Shown: positions 31,339 to 44,731 of the stretch, in pieces | How the letters are laid out: each line of letters opens with the position of its first letter | Position numbering within the stretch: position 1 is the first letter of the stretch | NCBI RefSeq assembly: GCF_009914755.1 | Contig: NC_060946.1 | From: the human T2T-CHM13v2.0 reference genome, Homo sapiens | Length of the DNA stretch: 64,000 bases | Reading direction: 5' to 3' (one strand) | Notes under the pieces: generated by a model | The model's input: only the letters and a program-made list of their open reading frames with translations | The model's database searches: none | Told to the model about the DNA's origin: nothing | Position numbers and translations under genes: made by a program

Positions 31339-31562
31339 CAGTAGTTCTTAACTGGGAATAATCTTGCCCCCCACGGAAACTTGATGGCAATGTCTGAGAA
31401 TATTTTTGGTTGTCACAACTGGAGAGGGAAGGTGTAGCTGGCACCAAGTGAATAGAGGCCACGATGCTGCTAAAAATCCTACAGTGCTCAGGAAGATCCC
31501 CCACCCCCAACAGAGAATCATCCAGCCTCAAATATCACTAGTGCCAAGAGTGAGAATCCCTG
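31339..31562 (+). mobile_element. MER20, near full length
   Basis: CAGTAGTTCTTAAC start, GGCAATGTCTG..TTTTTGGTTGTCACAAC core, GAGAATCCCTG end. Confidence 0.88.
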
Positions 31563-32198
31563 GCTTAGTCTGACAATAGGTGAGTGACATATAATTTATC
31601 CTCCAAACTGGGATGCTTCTGAAAGTGAAAGAGAGTGCTATTAATAATAACTGTGGAACAACAGGCATAAATCAGGACTGTACAGGCAAACCAGTACACT
31701 GAACAGATAAAGGCAGATGGAGGTCCCCAGGAAGGGTCAAAGAGCTCCTCTCCTACAAGTCCCCAGACAGAGCCACCAACTGCCCCGTTTGGCAGAATAA
31801 ATGCTAGTATGTCATAAGGCACAGCCAGCTCAGGAAGGAAATCTTTGTCTAGTTCTTGTTTAAAGAAAAAGCACAAAAGGAACTTTCCGGCTGTGCCTTT
31901 TAAGATGTAAGTGGCAGAGAACAAATCTGTTTCCCTCAAAGCCAGGGGGGCAGCATGCACTAAGACTTCACTCCAAAAGACAGGAGCAGATTTTAACAGC
32001 CTGCAGACCCCGAGGCTCCACGGGTGACACATGACCCAGGGCAAGAACCAAAGGTTCCTCTGGATATTTTTCTTTTACTAGTGAACCAGCTTGTCATAAC
32101 GTGGACAACTTCTGTTACTAACTTCCTCCCTGCTCCAAGAGCAAGAAACCTATTAGTATTTGCTTTGCAGGTCAGCTATATACAAAAAGAAGGAACTT

Positions 32199-32622
<424 letters not shown>

Positions 32623-32745
32623 TAGAAAACACATGGACCCAATTCCTGCACGGACTGCTTTAAAGGAGGCATCAACAATACAAGTTTCCCGTGCTCACAA
32701 ATGTATTTCCTATCCCTGGTCTCCAAAAGATGAAATCGCCCACCT

Positions 32746-33060
<315 letters not shown>

Positions 33061-34372
33061 CTACCTGCCCTCATAATTTGCAAATCTGATCAAACCACTT
33101 GATTCAGAATCTTGACAAATCATGAAGAGACCCTGAATTGCACAGATGTACGAGGGTGGCCCCTAAGTTCCTATGAAGGCCATTCGGTATGGCCAAGAAA
33201 AAGGAAAGCTCTGGTTCTCTGCATCCTTTTTTTTGTCCCCCAATTACTTTCAATGTATGGAGCTTTCAGGCCACCACCAAATTTTTGTTGTTGTTGAACA
33301 AATAAAAATTGAATGAATCTCTTGGAGAAGGAGTCCCACAGGTTAACTGAAGACAGTCTGAAGTCCAGATCTGAAGACTGTCTCCTGCCTCATCAGTACA
33401 CATTACTCAGTCTTAATGTCTTGCCTAAAAGCAAAAATGCCCAGTTGCTAGATAACCATCCCAATCCAGGATCCAAGTGTGAGAACAGGCCCTTACTCAG
33501 TAGCTCAGATCTCAAGATGACTCCGGAGTACACTTTTTGCACTAGGCCAATTAAGAGAGCTGGGAGCAAACTGACTCATAACCTCTAGAGACAAAGAATC
33601 AGACCTTTCTGGAATCCCACAGAATGTTTTTCCACCAGGCTGTTCTAGTTAGCATTTTGAAACAGACATTCTACTTTAGAACTGAAGGCCTGACTTCCTC
33701 AAGATATTTTGATAGACGTGAACATAAGCCAAAGACTCGGCCAAACTTGAGCATCCTACATAATGCATCAAGCTCAACAGTAAAATGCCTCCTTCACAGC
33801 ACAGCGTGGGTGGTGGAGGACAGGCTGCAAGCTGCCACTGTAAACCACTAAACCAGGGACAAAGTGGTTAACCCAACAAGATGCATTACCACCACTGTCT
33901 AGATAGACTGCAAAGTTTAAAGAAAAAAGGATCCATATGTAATGGGACATAACAAACCACTATCCATACAAGATAGGAGAACACGGCCCTGCCTGAAAAT
34001 TGGGTTTGAGTCAGGATTACATATGCCAGGTACTTGGCTAAGCTCTGAGAATATAAAGGCAACATGGGCCCTGTCTGTATCTAGGAGAGAAAAAGAAACG
34101 TGTAAACACTGCAGTCAAATAAAGCACTACCAGGGCTCTGATGCAAATCTAGCCCAGATATTCTCCTTGGAGGCCCTAATGCTTCAGTCATGTTTTTAAA
34201 AAAAGAATAGGGATTTGCCAGGCATTGCAGGCAGATGGAGCAGGTAGGGTGTTCTGAAGCAGAAAGAGCTATTAGGGAAATGTAAGGAGTTCCACATAGC
34301 TAGGAAGGTGGGAAGGTAGGCAAGGGGCCAATTTTGAAGGGCACTGTACACTAACACAGAGTCACAGTGTTA

Positions 34373-34452
34373 TTAGGCTAGTGCAAAAGTAATCGCGGTC
34401 TTTGCCATTACTTTTAATGGCAAAGACCGCGATTACTTTTGCAGCAACCTAA
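34373..34452. mobile_element. MADE1 (Hsmar1-derived 80-bp MITE)
   Basis: TTAGG...CCTAA palindrome of 80 bp flanked by TA at 34371-72 and 34453-54; perfect 29-bp stem. Confidence 0.93.
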
Positions 34453-34586
34453 TAGCTCTGGGGGAATGAGGAGCCTTTCTATGATTTGTCAAGATTTCAA
34501 ATCAAGTGATTTGATCACATTTACATCCCAGAAAGATGACCAGCTGGTGGAAGCACAGGGTAGGGGGCTCTATTAAGAGTAAAGTT

Positions 34587-34893
34587 GGCCAGGCACGGTG
34601 GCTCACGCCTGTAATCCCAGCACTTTGGGAGGCCGAGGTGGGTGGATCACCTGAGGTCAGGAGTTCGAGTCCAGCCTGGCCAACATGGCAAAACCCCGTC
34701 TCTACTAAAAATACAAAAATTAGCCGGCCATGGTGGCACAAGCCTGTAATCCCAGCTACTAGGGGGGCTGAGGCAAGAGAATCGCTTGAGCCTGGGAAGC
34801 GGAGGTTGCAGTGAGCCAAGATCATGCCACTGCACACTCCAGCCTGGGTGACAGAACGAGATTCCGTCTCAAAAAAAAAAAAAAAGAAAGAAA
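34587..34893 (+). mobile_element. Alu (AluS-like)
   Basis: Full dimer with tail. Confidence 0.9.
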
Positions 34894-35572
34894 GGAAGTG
34901 GTAGAGACTGTCCGATGCTGGGGAGAGGTGAGGTAGGAACTCCTGAGAGCCGTGGACTTAGCAACACACAGGTCATACATAGGTGACCTCTGTTGGCCAG
35001 TCTGGAGAAGGGGTGGGGACAGACAGCCAGGGCGAGGGGAGTGACCAGGAGGTGGGGATAGAGGCAGTGAGCACAGACACTTCCTCCACAAAGCTTCACT
35101 GCGATGGAACAGAAGGGGCACAGAAGCCAGAGTGACAGGGGGGCAGAAGCCACCCGAGGCTCTGCATCTGTTTGTGTAGAGATGGGAAGAACTCGAACGT
35201 GTTTCTAGACTGTGGGGAAGAAGCAAGAAAGGAAGAGGGAAAAACACAAAGGGAAGGGAAGAACAGGAAGAAGAAGGGGCCTAAAAGAAAGCAGAGGGGA
35301 CAGGCACAAGAGCTCTTGAAAAGTATGAGAAATTGAGAGAAAGATTAGGAAATGTATATTTTAAAGCTTCTAGAACATTCTATCAACATATAAACATGTC
35401 CTCTGGATAGCCACTGGCCCTGGCTTTCATACAGAGGTCTACAGACCTCCATGATGCACTGCCCATCACCAGCCACTAGATCAATGTGGCACCAAATGTG
35501 ACTTAGCACCTGCAAAGGTGTCAATGAGGCCCCAGGTGAAGATTCAGCCCCAGGTGGGCACACACTACGTCA

Positions 35573-35734
<162 letters not shown>

Positions 35735-37474
35735 CTAAAGAAAAGAGCGGCAGATAGGAACAGGTTAGGAAGTTTGATTCTCAGTAGTGTACAAACTTTG
35801 TAGCAAAATATCTGCGGCTTCAAAGGACCCCTGAGTCAGCCTGATGTGAAGGCACTCCCTGATGGCCCTTGCTCCCAGTGGCCCAGCTCCCGCAGCCCTG
35901 CTGCAGGTGTGAAGCACCGGCATCCTCCTTCTGCCCTGTAAGTGAAGATCCTCCCTCTCCACTGCAGGAGTGCTCCAGCCTCATAGGTCAGTGAGTGTGC
36001 GTATCCACCAGGCAAGGTCCGCGGCCAAGCAGACAACAGCAAAGTCCAGTTACAAAACTCAGATCCGAGGACAATGAGAGATGTCTTTGTCATCGTGAGA
36101 GAGGCACAAACAGAAAAGGGCTCAGCTGCAGCGCAGCAAACTGTAGAAACACAAATCATTCCACACTGAAGGACGCTGAGAGATAGTGAAGCTTACACCT
36201 TTCTAGCACTGGAAAAACGCACTGTGTCCTAAACCAATTAGATCCTTTGTGGGATAGTGGGTCCCTGACAGACACCTCTTTCTCTGGAATCTTCTAGAGA
36301 CATTCACATGCAAATCCCTCAAACACTTTAAGACTATTTCACGTCCCCCGTGAGCCTTCTCCAAGACTTCCTCTCTGGAGGGGAACCCAATTAATCAACA
36401 TCCTTAATGTGAGGTACCTAAAATATACCCAATACTCCAAGTGTGACTTGATCAAATTCAAATAAGACCCCCAGAGTCAGATATCCTGAGTTCAAATCTC
36501 AGCAAGGGTAAGGTTCTTAACCTCTCTCCCCCTCCATTTCTCGATGTGAAAAACGGGGACAGGCAGAGCTCTAGACCTCATTGGGTGGTTATGAGGATTA
36601 AATGAAGCACATAGCACAGCACGCAGCATAGCCTTGGAGAGGAGCTCTGGGTAGGCGAGGAGAACCATTTCCAACAGCAACAGTTTACACACATCTGTCC
36701 TTCCTCATCTTCAGGTAAATACACCTTACCTTGTGACTACCTCCGTGTCTTCAGGGAAATATACTTTACCTTGTGACTACTAATTCTTTTTCTAATAAGT
36801 TTCCTGTTACTTTTTCTCCCAAGATCCCTTTCCCCCACCAAAAAAAAAAAAAAGATTCCTAAAAGCTGCGCAAGACTCCCAAGACCACCCAGGGTGGCAG
36901 ATGTTCAGTTGGGGAACGCAACCCTCTTCAAGCAACTGGAGTGACCCAAGTACCCTCTTCCTAAGAAAATGGGCCTGAGGGGCCTGGCGAAGTGAAGCCG
37001 GGGCTCCACGCACCACATCACCTACGGCCCTGCCTCTGTGAAGTGATGATGGAAGGTCACAAGGCATTGGGCAGAGCTGGGAGCAGACTCGGGTCTCCAA
37101 TGCCAACCTCCTTGGTCACGGAGGCCAGTTCTCCGAGCTCCTTCCAACCTTTTGTTTTCTCCATCACAAGTGGCCTGCACCTTCATTGTTCATGAAGCAG
37201 CCACCATCTGAGGGACTGCATGCACTACAGAGTCAACCCAGCCCCCTCCACCTGTGCCCTCTCCAGTCACTCCAAAACTGGGGATGGATCTTGTGGCTGA
37301 ACCCAAAGACAGGGTCCACATAGGAACCAGTCATGAAGAGAAGGCTCTTCTCAGGCACTGGCCAAAGGCTATGGCACAGGGAATTTCCAAGCAGCAATTG
37401 ACTAAAGGCAGAACCCAGAGGGCCCCAACAACCACACAATGGTATGCATTCAAAACAGCTGAGGCCACACACAG

Positions 37475-37776
37475 GGGCTCACACTGGAATTCCAGCACTT
37501 GGGGAGGCCAGGGTGAGAGGATCGCTTGAGGCCAGGAGTTCGAGACCAGCCTGGGCAAAAAAGCAAGTTTCCATCACTACAAAAAATTAAAAAATTAAAA
37601 TAAAAATTAGCTGCGTGTGGTGGCATGCACCTGTAGTCCCAGCTACTCAAGAGACTGAGATAGGAGGATCACTTGAGGCCAGGAGTTCGAGGTTGCAGTA
37701 AGCCATGATGGCAACACTGTGCTCCAGCCTGGGTGACAGAGGGAGACCCTGCTCTTAAAAAAAAAAAAAAAAAAAA
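37475..37776 (+). mobile_element. Alu (AluJ-like)
   Basis: Diverged dimer with A tail. Confidence 0.85.
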
Positions 37777-39220
37777 GAGCAGCTGAGCTTAGAAATGGAC
37801 AAGCGTGTTTGGCTGCTTGGAAAAGGAGATGCAGGGCCCTTGATTTCCTTTCTTCCTGGGATAATTAGTCACTTGTTTTCCCTCCAACTGCTCTTTTCAC
37901 AAGAGACCAGGAAAGCTCTGAAGAAGTGTAAACACGGTATTGGCAACCTGCGGGCCCAGGCATTTCAGGAGGAAGAGACACGGGAGCCTGTTCTGGTTTT
38001 TCCTCTGCGTGAATGTTGAGTGGGGACAAGAGAGAAGGCCAGGGAGCAGCAAGGTCACCCCAGGAGCTCAGAAACAATCAAGCTTTGTTCCTGGACTTTG
38101 AGAAAACCCACACTCTAGGAAATCCAGCCCAGGAAAACCAAGGACACGTGGTCGCACACTAAGGGAGTGCCATGGAGCCAGATGTTTGGAAACAGCTGGT
38201 GCTGACAGCAGAAGGGGACCACGGGTCATTAGGACAAGTCTTTCTGACAGCTGGGTGGGCACATGGTCCTATGGAGTGGTCTACGGGAGCTCAAAGTTCT
38301 CTGGGCTAATCCCGTCAAAGCAGTGATGATGGAGCTAAGCCCTGCGGAAAGAGCACTGAGGCTCAGGTGGGAGGAAGGAGATTCACTGGATGCTCGTGGA
38401 GGCAAGACATCGAGCAAGCGGCTTCGCGCCCACGCGGCGCGGCCACGACACGGCGCTGCTCCATTCACAGGCCACAGAGGCTCTTTGTGCCCATCCGCCC
38501 CCATCCCAGGGCCTCACCCCCTGAAGAAAAAGACAGAGCAGCTGTGGCTCAGAATTAGCCACGCCACCCACAATGCTGGGCAAACAGGCTGCACGAAGGC
38601 TCCTGAGGTCATGATTTGGAAGCTTGATGGAGAGATAGACCATGAATGAGGCAGCACCTCCCCATCCAGGCGGCCCCGCCCAGGGGCGCTGACATGCTAA
38701 TAACTCTGCACCTGCTGGGGTCTCCACTAGAATGACTACAGAGGCCATCAATGGGCCTCTTAGTGATGATGCTTAGAAGAAGGCTGGTGAGAGGCAGGAG
38801 GAACTGCACACCAGAGGTGACAGCAAGGAAGCAAAAATGAGAGTTAATGCCTCCAGCCAAAGAGTTCTAGAGAAAAGGTGTGGGCACTACCCACCACGCC
38901 CACCCACAGTAAAACCTCTGCGTGTGGCTTGCAATGGAAAGACGCAGCCACTAACACTGAATGTATCTGAATAATGACTGTTCCCTTTCGTGGGAGGGAG
39001 AGGCCCTGTGCAAGCTCAGGCAGGCTCAGGTGCTCCACTTGTTTTAATTCATATCCAGCAGATCCCAAAAGAGACTCAAGTTAAAAAGGCACCAATAAAG
39101 AGCCAAGGAGAGAAACAGGAGTTATTTTCACTTGTAACACACATCAGCAGCCTGAGTCCAGGCCCCCAGGCCTTGCCCCGAGCCAGGTGCTGGCTGGGTA
39201 CTTTAGAAAGTTCCCATGGA

Positions 39221-39705
<485 letters not shown>

Positions 39706-40055
39706 CTATAAAGCCTGCCAAGAGGAGCGCCTCCCAATCCCAGACAGTGAGGCTGCAGCTCCCATGTCACCCCCACAGACACACTGTGCTTCCTTAAAGC
39801 ACAGTCTGCCATTCATTTATTTGCAAGTCACTAATTCTGAATTTCAGTGGTTAATACTCCTTAGGGACAGGGGCCTTTAATTTCGTCCACATGATAATCT
39901 TATCAAGCAACAGATGAGACACAATAGGTCTGAAAATCAGGAACCCAAGTTCCAGCCTCAGCCTGGCCAACACCTGGCTGTGTGACCCTGCTTAAGTTCC
40001 TTGCTATCTCTGGGCCTCAATTCTTCCCACCTGCCATGTTAGAAGGCTGGGCTGG

Positions 40056-40356
40056 GGCCGGGCGTGGTGGCTCACGCCTGTAATCCCAGCACTTTGGGAG
40101 GACGAGGTGGGCGGATCATGAGGTCAGGAGTTCCAGACCAGCCTGGCCAATATGGGGAAACCCCGTCTTTACTAAAAATACAAAAATTAGCCGGGCATGC
40201 TGGTGGGCACCTGTAGTTGCAGCTACTCAGGAGGCTGAGGCAGGAGAATCGCTTGAACCCGGGAGGCAGAGGTTGCAATGAGCCAAGATGGCACCACACC
40301 ACTGCACGCCAGCCTGGGTGACAAAGTGAGACTCCGTCTCAAAAAAAAAAAAAAAA
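40056..40356 (+). mobile_element. Alu (AluS-like)
   Basis: Dimer; TSD AGAAGGCTGGG. Confidence 0.9.
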
Positions 40357-40789
40357 GAAGGCTGGGTTGTAAAGGAGACTGTTCCACATATCTACTTGTT
40401 GATAGGTCTTTGATGAGCCAGGTTCATCCCCCAAAGGGTGGGCATCGATGGCAGAAAACAAAGACCTCGTTGTCACAGACTGATTTAGCAATCAACAAGG
40501 AAATGCAGTCCTAGTCAGGAGTTCCGGGCAAATACAATGGCCCATGGCTCCCATTGAAGGCTTTAGCACATTGCAGGGCACTCAGAAGCATGAGTCTACC
40601 TCGTAGAAATGTGCTTAAGTCTGTCTGAAGTCACACAGAAAATTAAACGGCTGACCCTTTCAGAGCTGCTGTCTCTGTAACAGAATGAGCCTGCCACCAC
40701 CTGCTTTTATTACATATGTGACCATGAGCAAAATCCCTCAGTCTGAAAGTTGGTCTTCCCATCTGTAAAGTGGGAAGGCCATAATAATC

Positions 40790-41093
40790 TTTTTTCTTTT
40801 TTTTGTTTGAGACAGGGTCTCACTCTGTCGTCCAGGCTGGAGTGCAGTGGTGCAATCTCGGCTGACTGCACCCTTGACCCCCTGGGCTCAAGTGATCCTC
40901 CCACCTCAGCCTCTAAGAAATAGCTGGGACTATAGGCACGCCACACTATGCCCATCTAATTTTTTTATTTTTTTGTAGAGATGGGGTTTCACCATGTTGC
41001 CCAGATTGGTATCAAACTCCTGAGCTCAAGCCATCCTCTCGTCTTGGCCTCCCAAGGTCCTGGGATTGCAGGCATGCACCACCATGCCCAGCC
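40790..41093 (-). mobile_element. Alu (AluJ-like)
   Basis: Antisense dimer. Confidence 0.87.
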
Positions 41094-41638
41094 TATAGTA
41101 ACCTCTTCATGGCTTTTTTCCACTAGGTCAAAAACATTTTGAGGACTGTTTTATTCAGCCCAAAGTTCAAGGTGGCTAGGGCAACATAAAGAAATAAAGA
41201 GCTATTTTAGGAATAATAACAAGCAGATATTTCTTTCCCACTGGGGACAAAACCAGAAGGAAATATCTTTGAGTTGAACAGAGGAATTTGGGGTTGATAT
41301 TGGACAGGACTTTGTGACCCCAGAGCCCGTTGCCTCTGGGATGCATAAATGCTCATCTCCCTGTCTCCTAACTTGGTGATGGACTGCGTTTCTGCATTTT
41401 CTTTCTTGCCAGAAGAAAGAAAATGACGCCCCTGATCTGCTGCATGTGCTGGCCCTTTGCACATGCTGCTCTCTGGACTCTCAATACACTTCCCCTTGGT
41501 CAAGCCTGGCAAGGGACCAGCACTAAAGTGCTGGACAGAGTCCCAGAGCAAGTCTTACTCTTGGTGGCTCACCTCTGCTCAAAGCACACTCCCTAGGGAA
41601 GTAACCCACACCAACAAGCATCCGTAAAGAACAAGATG

Positions 41639-42008
<370 letters not shown>

Positions 42009-42179
42009 TAGTAAGATGGCAGAGATACCAAAAATGGGCTTGGGGCAAATGGTGAAGGGAGAGGAGATCCAGTGATGCAAGAGGAACAAAGCAGGAAACC
42101 AGGAACTGGCACTCCCTACTTTAGAAGGAATCTACTACATTTTTAAAGTGCAAAAAGCTTATTGGAAAGAAATCAAAAG

Positions 42180-42412
42180 AGATAAAGATATTTTTAAAAA
42201 TATCTTTTAAAATATTTCATTATTTTAATAATATAATAAATAATAAATAAATAAAATATTTAAAATATTTTATTTTAAAAGATATTTTTTAAAATATTTT
42301 AAATAATTAAGATATTTTATTTAAAAAAATTTTTAAAGATATTTAAAAAATAAAATGTTAAAAAAGAAGATTTTTTAAAGATATTATTAAAAATAATTAA
42401 AATTCAAAAAAA
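42180..42412. repeat. AT-rich low-complexity tract with nested palindromes
   Basis: Almost only A/T; perfect 24-bp palindrome at 42184-42207. Confidence 0.85.
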
Positions 42413-42414
42413 CA

Positions 42415-42735
42415 GGCCAGGTGCGGTGGCTCGCGCCTGTAATGCCAGCACTTTGGGAGGCCGAGGCGGGTGGATCACCTGAGGTCAGGCATTCAAGACC
42501 AGCCTCGCCAACATGGTGAAACCCCGTCTCTACTAAAAATACAAAAATCAGCCAGGCATTATGGCAGGTGCCTATAATCCCAGCTACTCAGGAGGCTCAG
42601 GAAGGAAAATCGCTTGAACCCAGGAGACAGAGGTTACAGTGAGCCAAGATCACACCATTGCACTCCAGCGGGGGCAACAGAGCAAGACTCCGTCTCAAAA
42701 AAAAAAAAAATTAAATTAAATTAAATTAAATTAAA
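42415..42735 (+). mobile_element. Alu (AluS-like) with (TTAAA)n tail extension
   Basis: Full dimer. Confidence 0.9.
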
Positions 42736-42969
42736 AAAGAAGGAATCTACAACATTGACCTGAACCTTCATATTTCCACCAAAACTTGAGAACGAAGGCC
42801 AGTGGGTGGCCATCCCTCAGACAGGGCCATATTCTTCTCCCTACGTATGTTCTAAAACAGGCTTCCTGTTTTGCTTTTGGCTGCAAAGGGAAAAGAATAA
42901 TGCTATAAGAACATCCCACTAGGATGTTCAGATGTCAAAGTTCAAGGATGTCACCCCAGCACTCCTTCA

Positions 42970-43428
<459 letters not shown>

Positions 43429-43633
43429 TTATAGCCAGGACCTAAGCGGGGAGGAGAAGGACAACACATTACATACAACTACGTCAGCCACACAAGATCA
43501 CTCATGCTCACACCTCTTCTCTTTGCAAACTGTATAGGATTAAGACACAGTAAAACTCTATATAACCAGGCTGCACAACTTTCTTGCTCCACACTTTTGG
43601 GATAAAGATGTGCATCACTGAAAAAACAAGTTG

Positions 43634-43898
43634 GGCCCAGGACAGTGGCTCATGCCTGTAATCCCAGCACTTTGGGAGGCCAAGGTAGGCATATCACCTG
43701 AGGTCAGGAGTTCAAGACCAGCCTGGCCAACCTGGTGAAAACCCATCTCTACTAAAAATACAAAAATTAACCAGGCGTGGTGGTGCACACCTGTCATCCT
43801 AGCTACTCGGGAGGCTGAGGCAGGAGAATCGCTTGAACCCAGGAGGCGGAGGTTGCAGTAAGCCAGCTCACACCACTGCACTCCAGCCTGGGCAACAG
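43634..43898 (+). mobile_element. Tailless Alu with TSD
   Basis: Ends at GGGCAACAG; flanked by AAAAACAAG(T/C)TG. Confidence 0.85.
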
Positions 43899-44441
43899 AA
43901 AAACAAGCTGATAGCAGGGATTTTGTTAGCAACTAATGGTAAGGTGTATCGCCCTAGGGTCAATCCACAATCAAGAAAACTATTGTGCCAAATGAACATA
44001 ACAAGAGTCTCAAAGACAGATGCAATTCAAGTCGCTATGCTACAGATACAAAGGTAGCAAAGTAGCCACACAGTTTGGGAGGATTTCCAACAAAAACAGG
44101 TTTCTAATCAGCCAAAAAACACAACTGACTACAACCCCACATAGTGGAAGTTTCCAGTTTAAAAAACTTGTTATTAGTTCATGAAGTCAACTAAGACAAG
44201 AGAAGAAAATAAAACATCAATACATGTTGCCACCAGATTTTAATTCCATCTTGATAATACAGCCCAAAAAAAGCACAGAGAAAAGATGCCAGGTTCCAAG
44301 AAACATGGAGAATGCTAAGAGTGCTTCCCTTTGGGGACACTAAGGTCAAAAGTGACCCTCACAATTCATGAGCCAAGAGAACTTAAGTTCATGTGTGTTT
44401 GCTTTTTTCAAAACTCATTTGCAAAATGAAGATATAAAATA

Positions 44442-44731
44442 GGCTGGGGACACTGGCTCAGGCCTGTAATCCTAGCACTTTGGGAGGCCGAGGCAGGCAG
44501 ATCACCTGAGGTTGGGAGTTTGAGACCAGCCTGACCAACATGGAGAAACCCCGTCTCTACTAAAAATACAAAATTAGCAGGGCGTGGTGGCGCATGCCTG
44601 TAATCCTAGCTGCTCAGGAGGCTGAGGCAGGAGAATCACTTGAACCCAGGAGGCGGGGGTTGTGGTGAGCCGAGATTGTGCCATGGCACTCCAGCCTGGG
44701 CAACAAGAGCAAAACTCCGTCTCAAAAAAAA
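44442..44731 (+). mobile_element. Alu (AluSp-like)
   Basis: CCTGACCAACATGGAGAAACC diagnostic. Confidence 0.87.
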
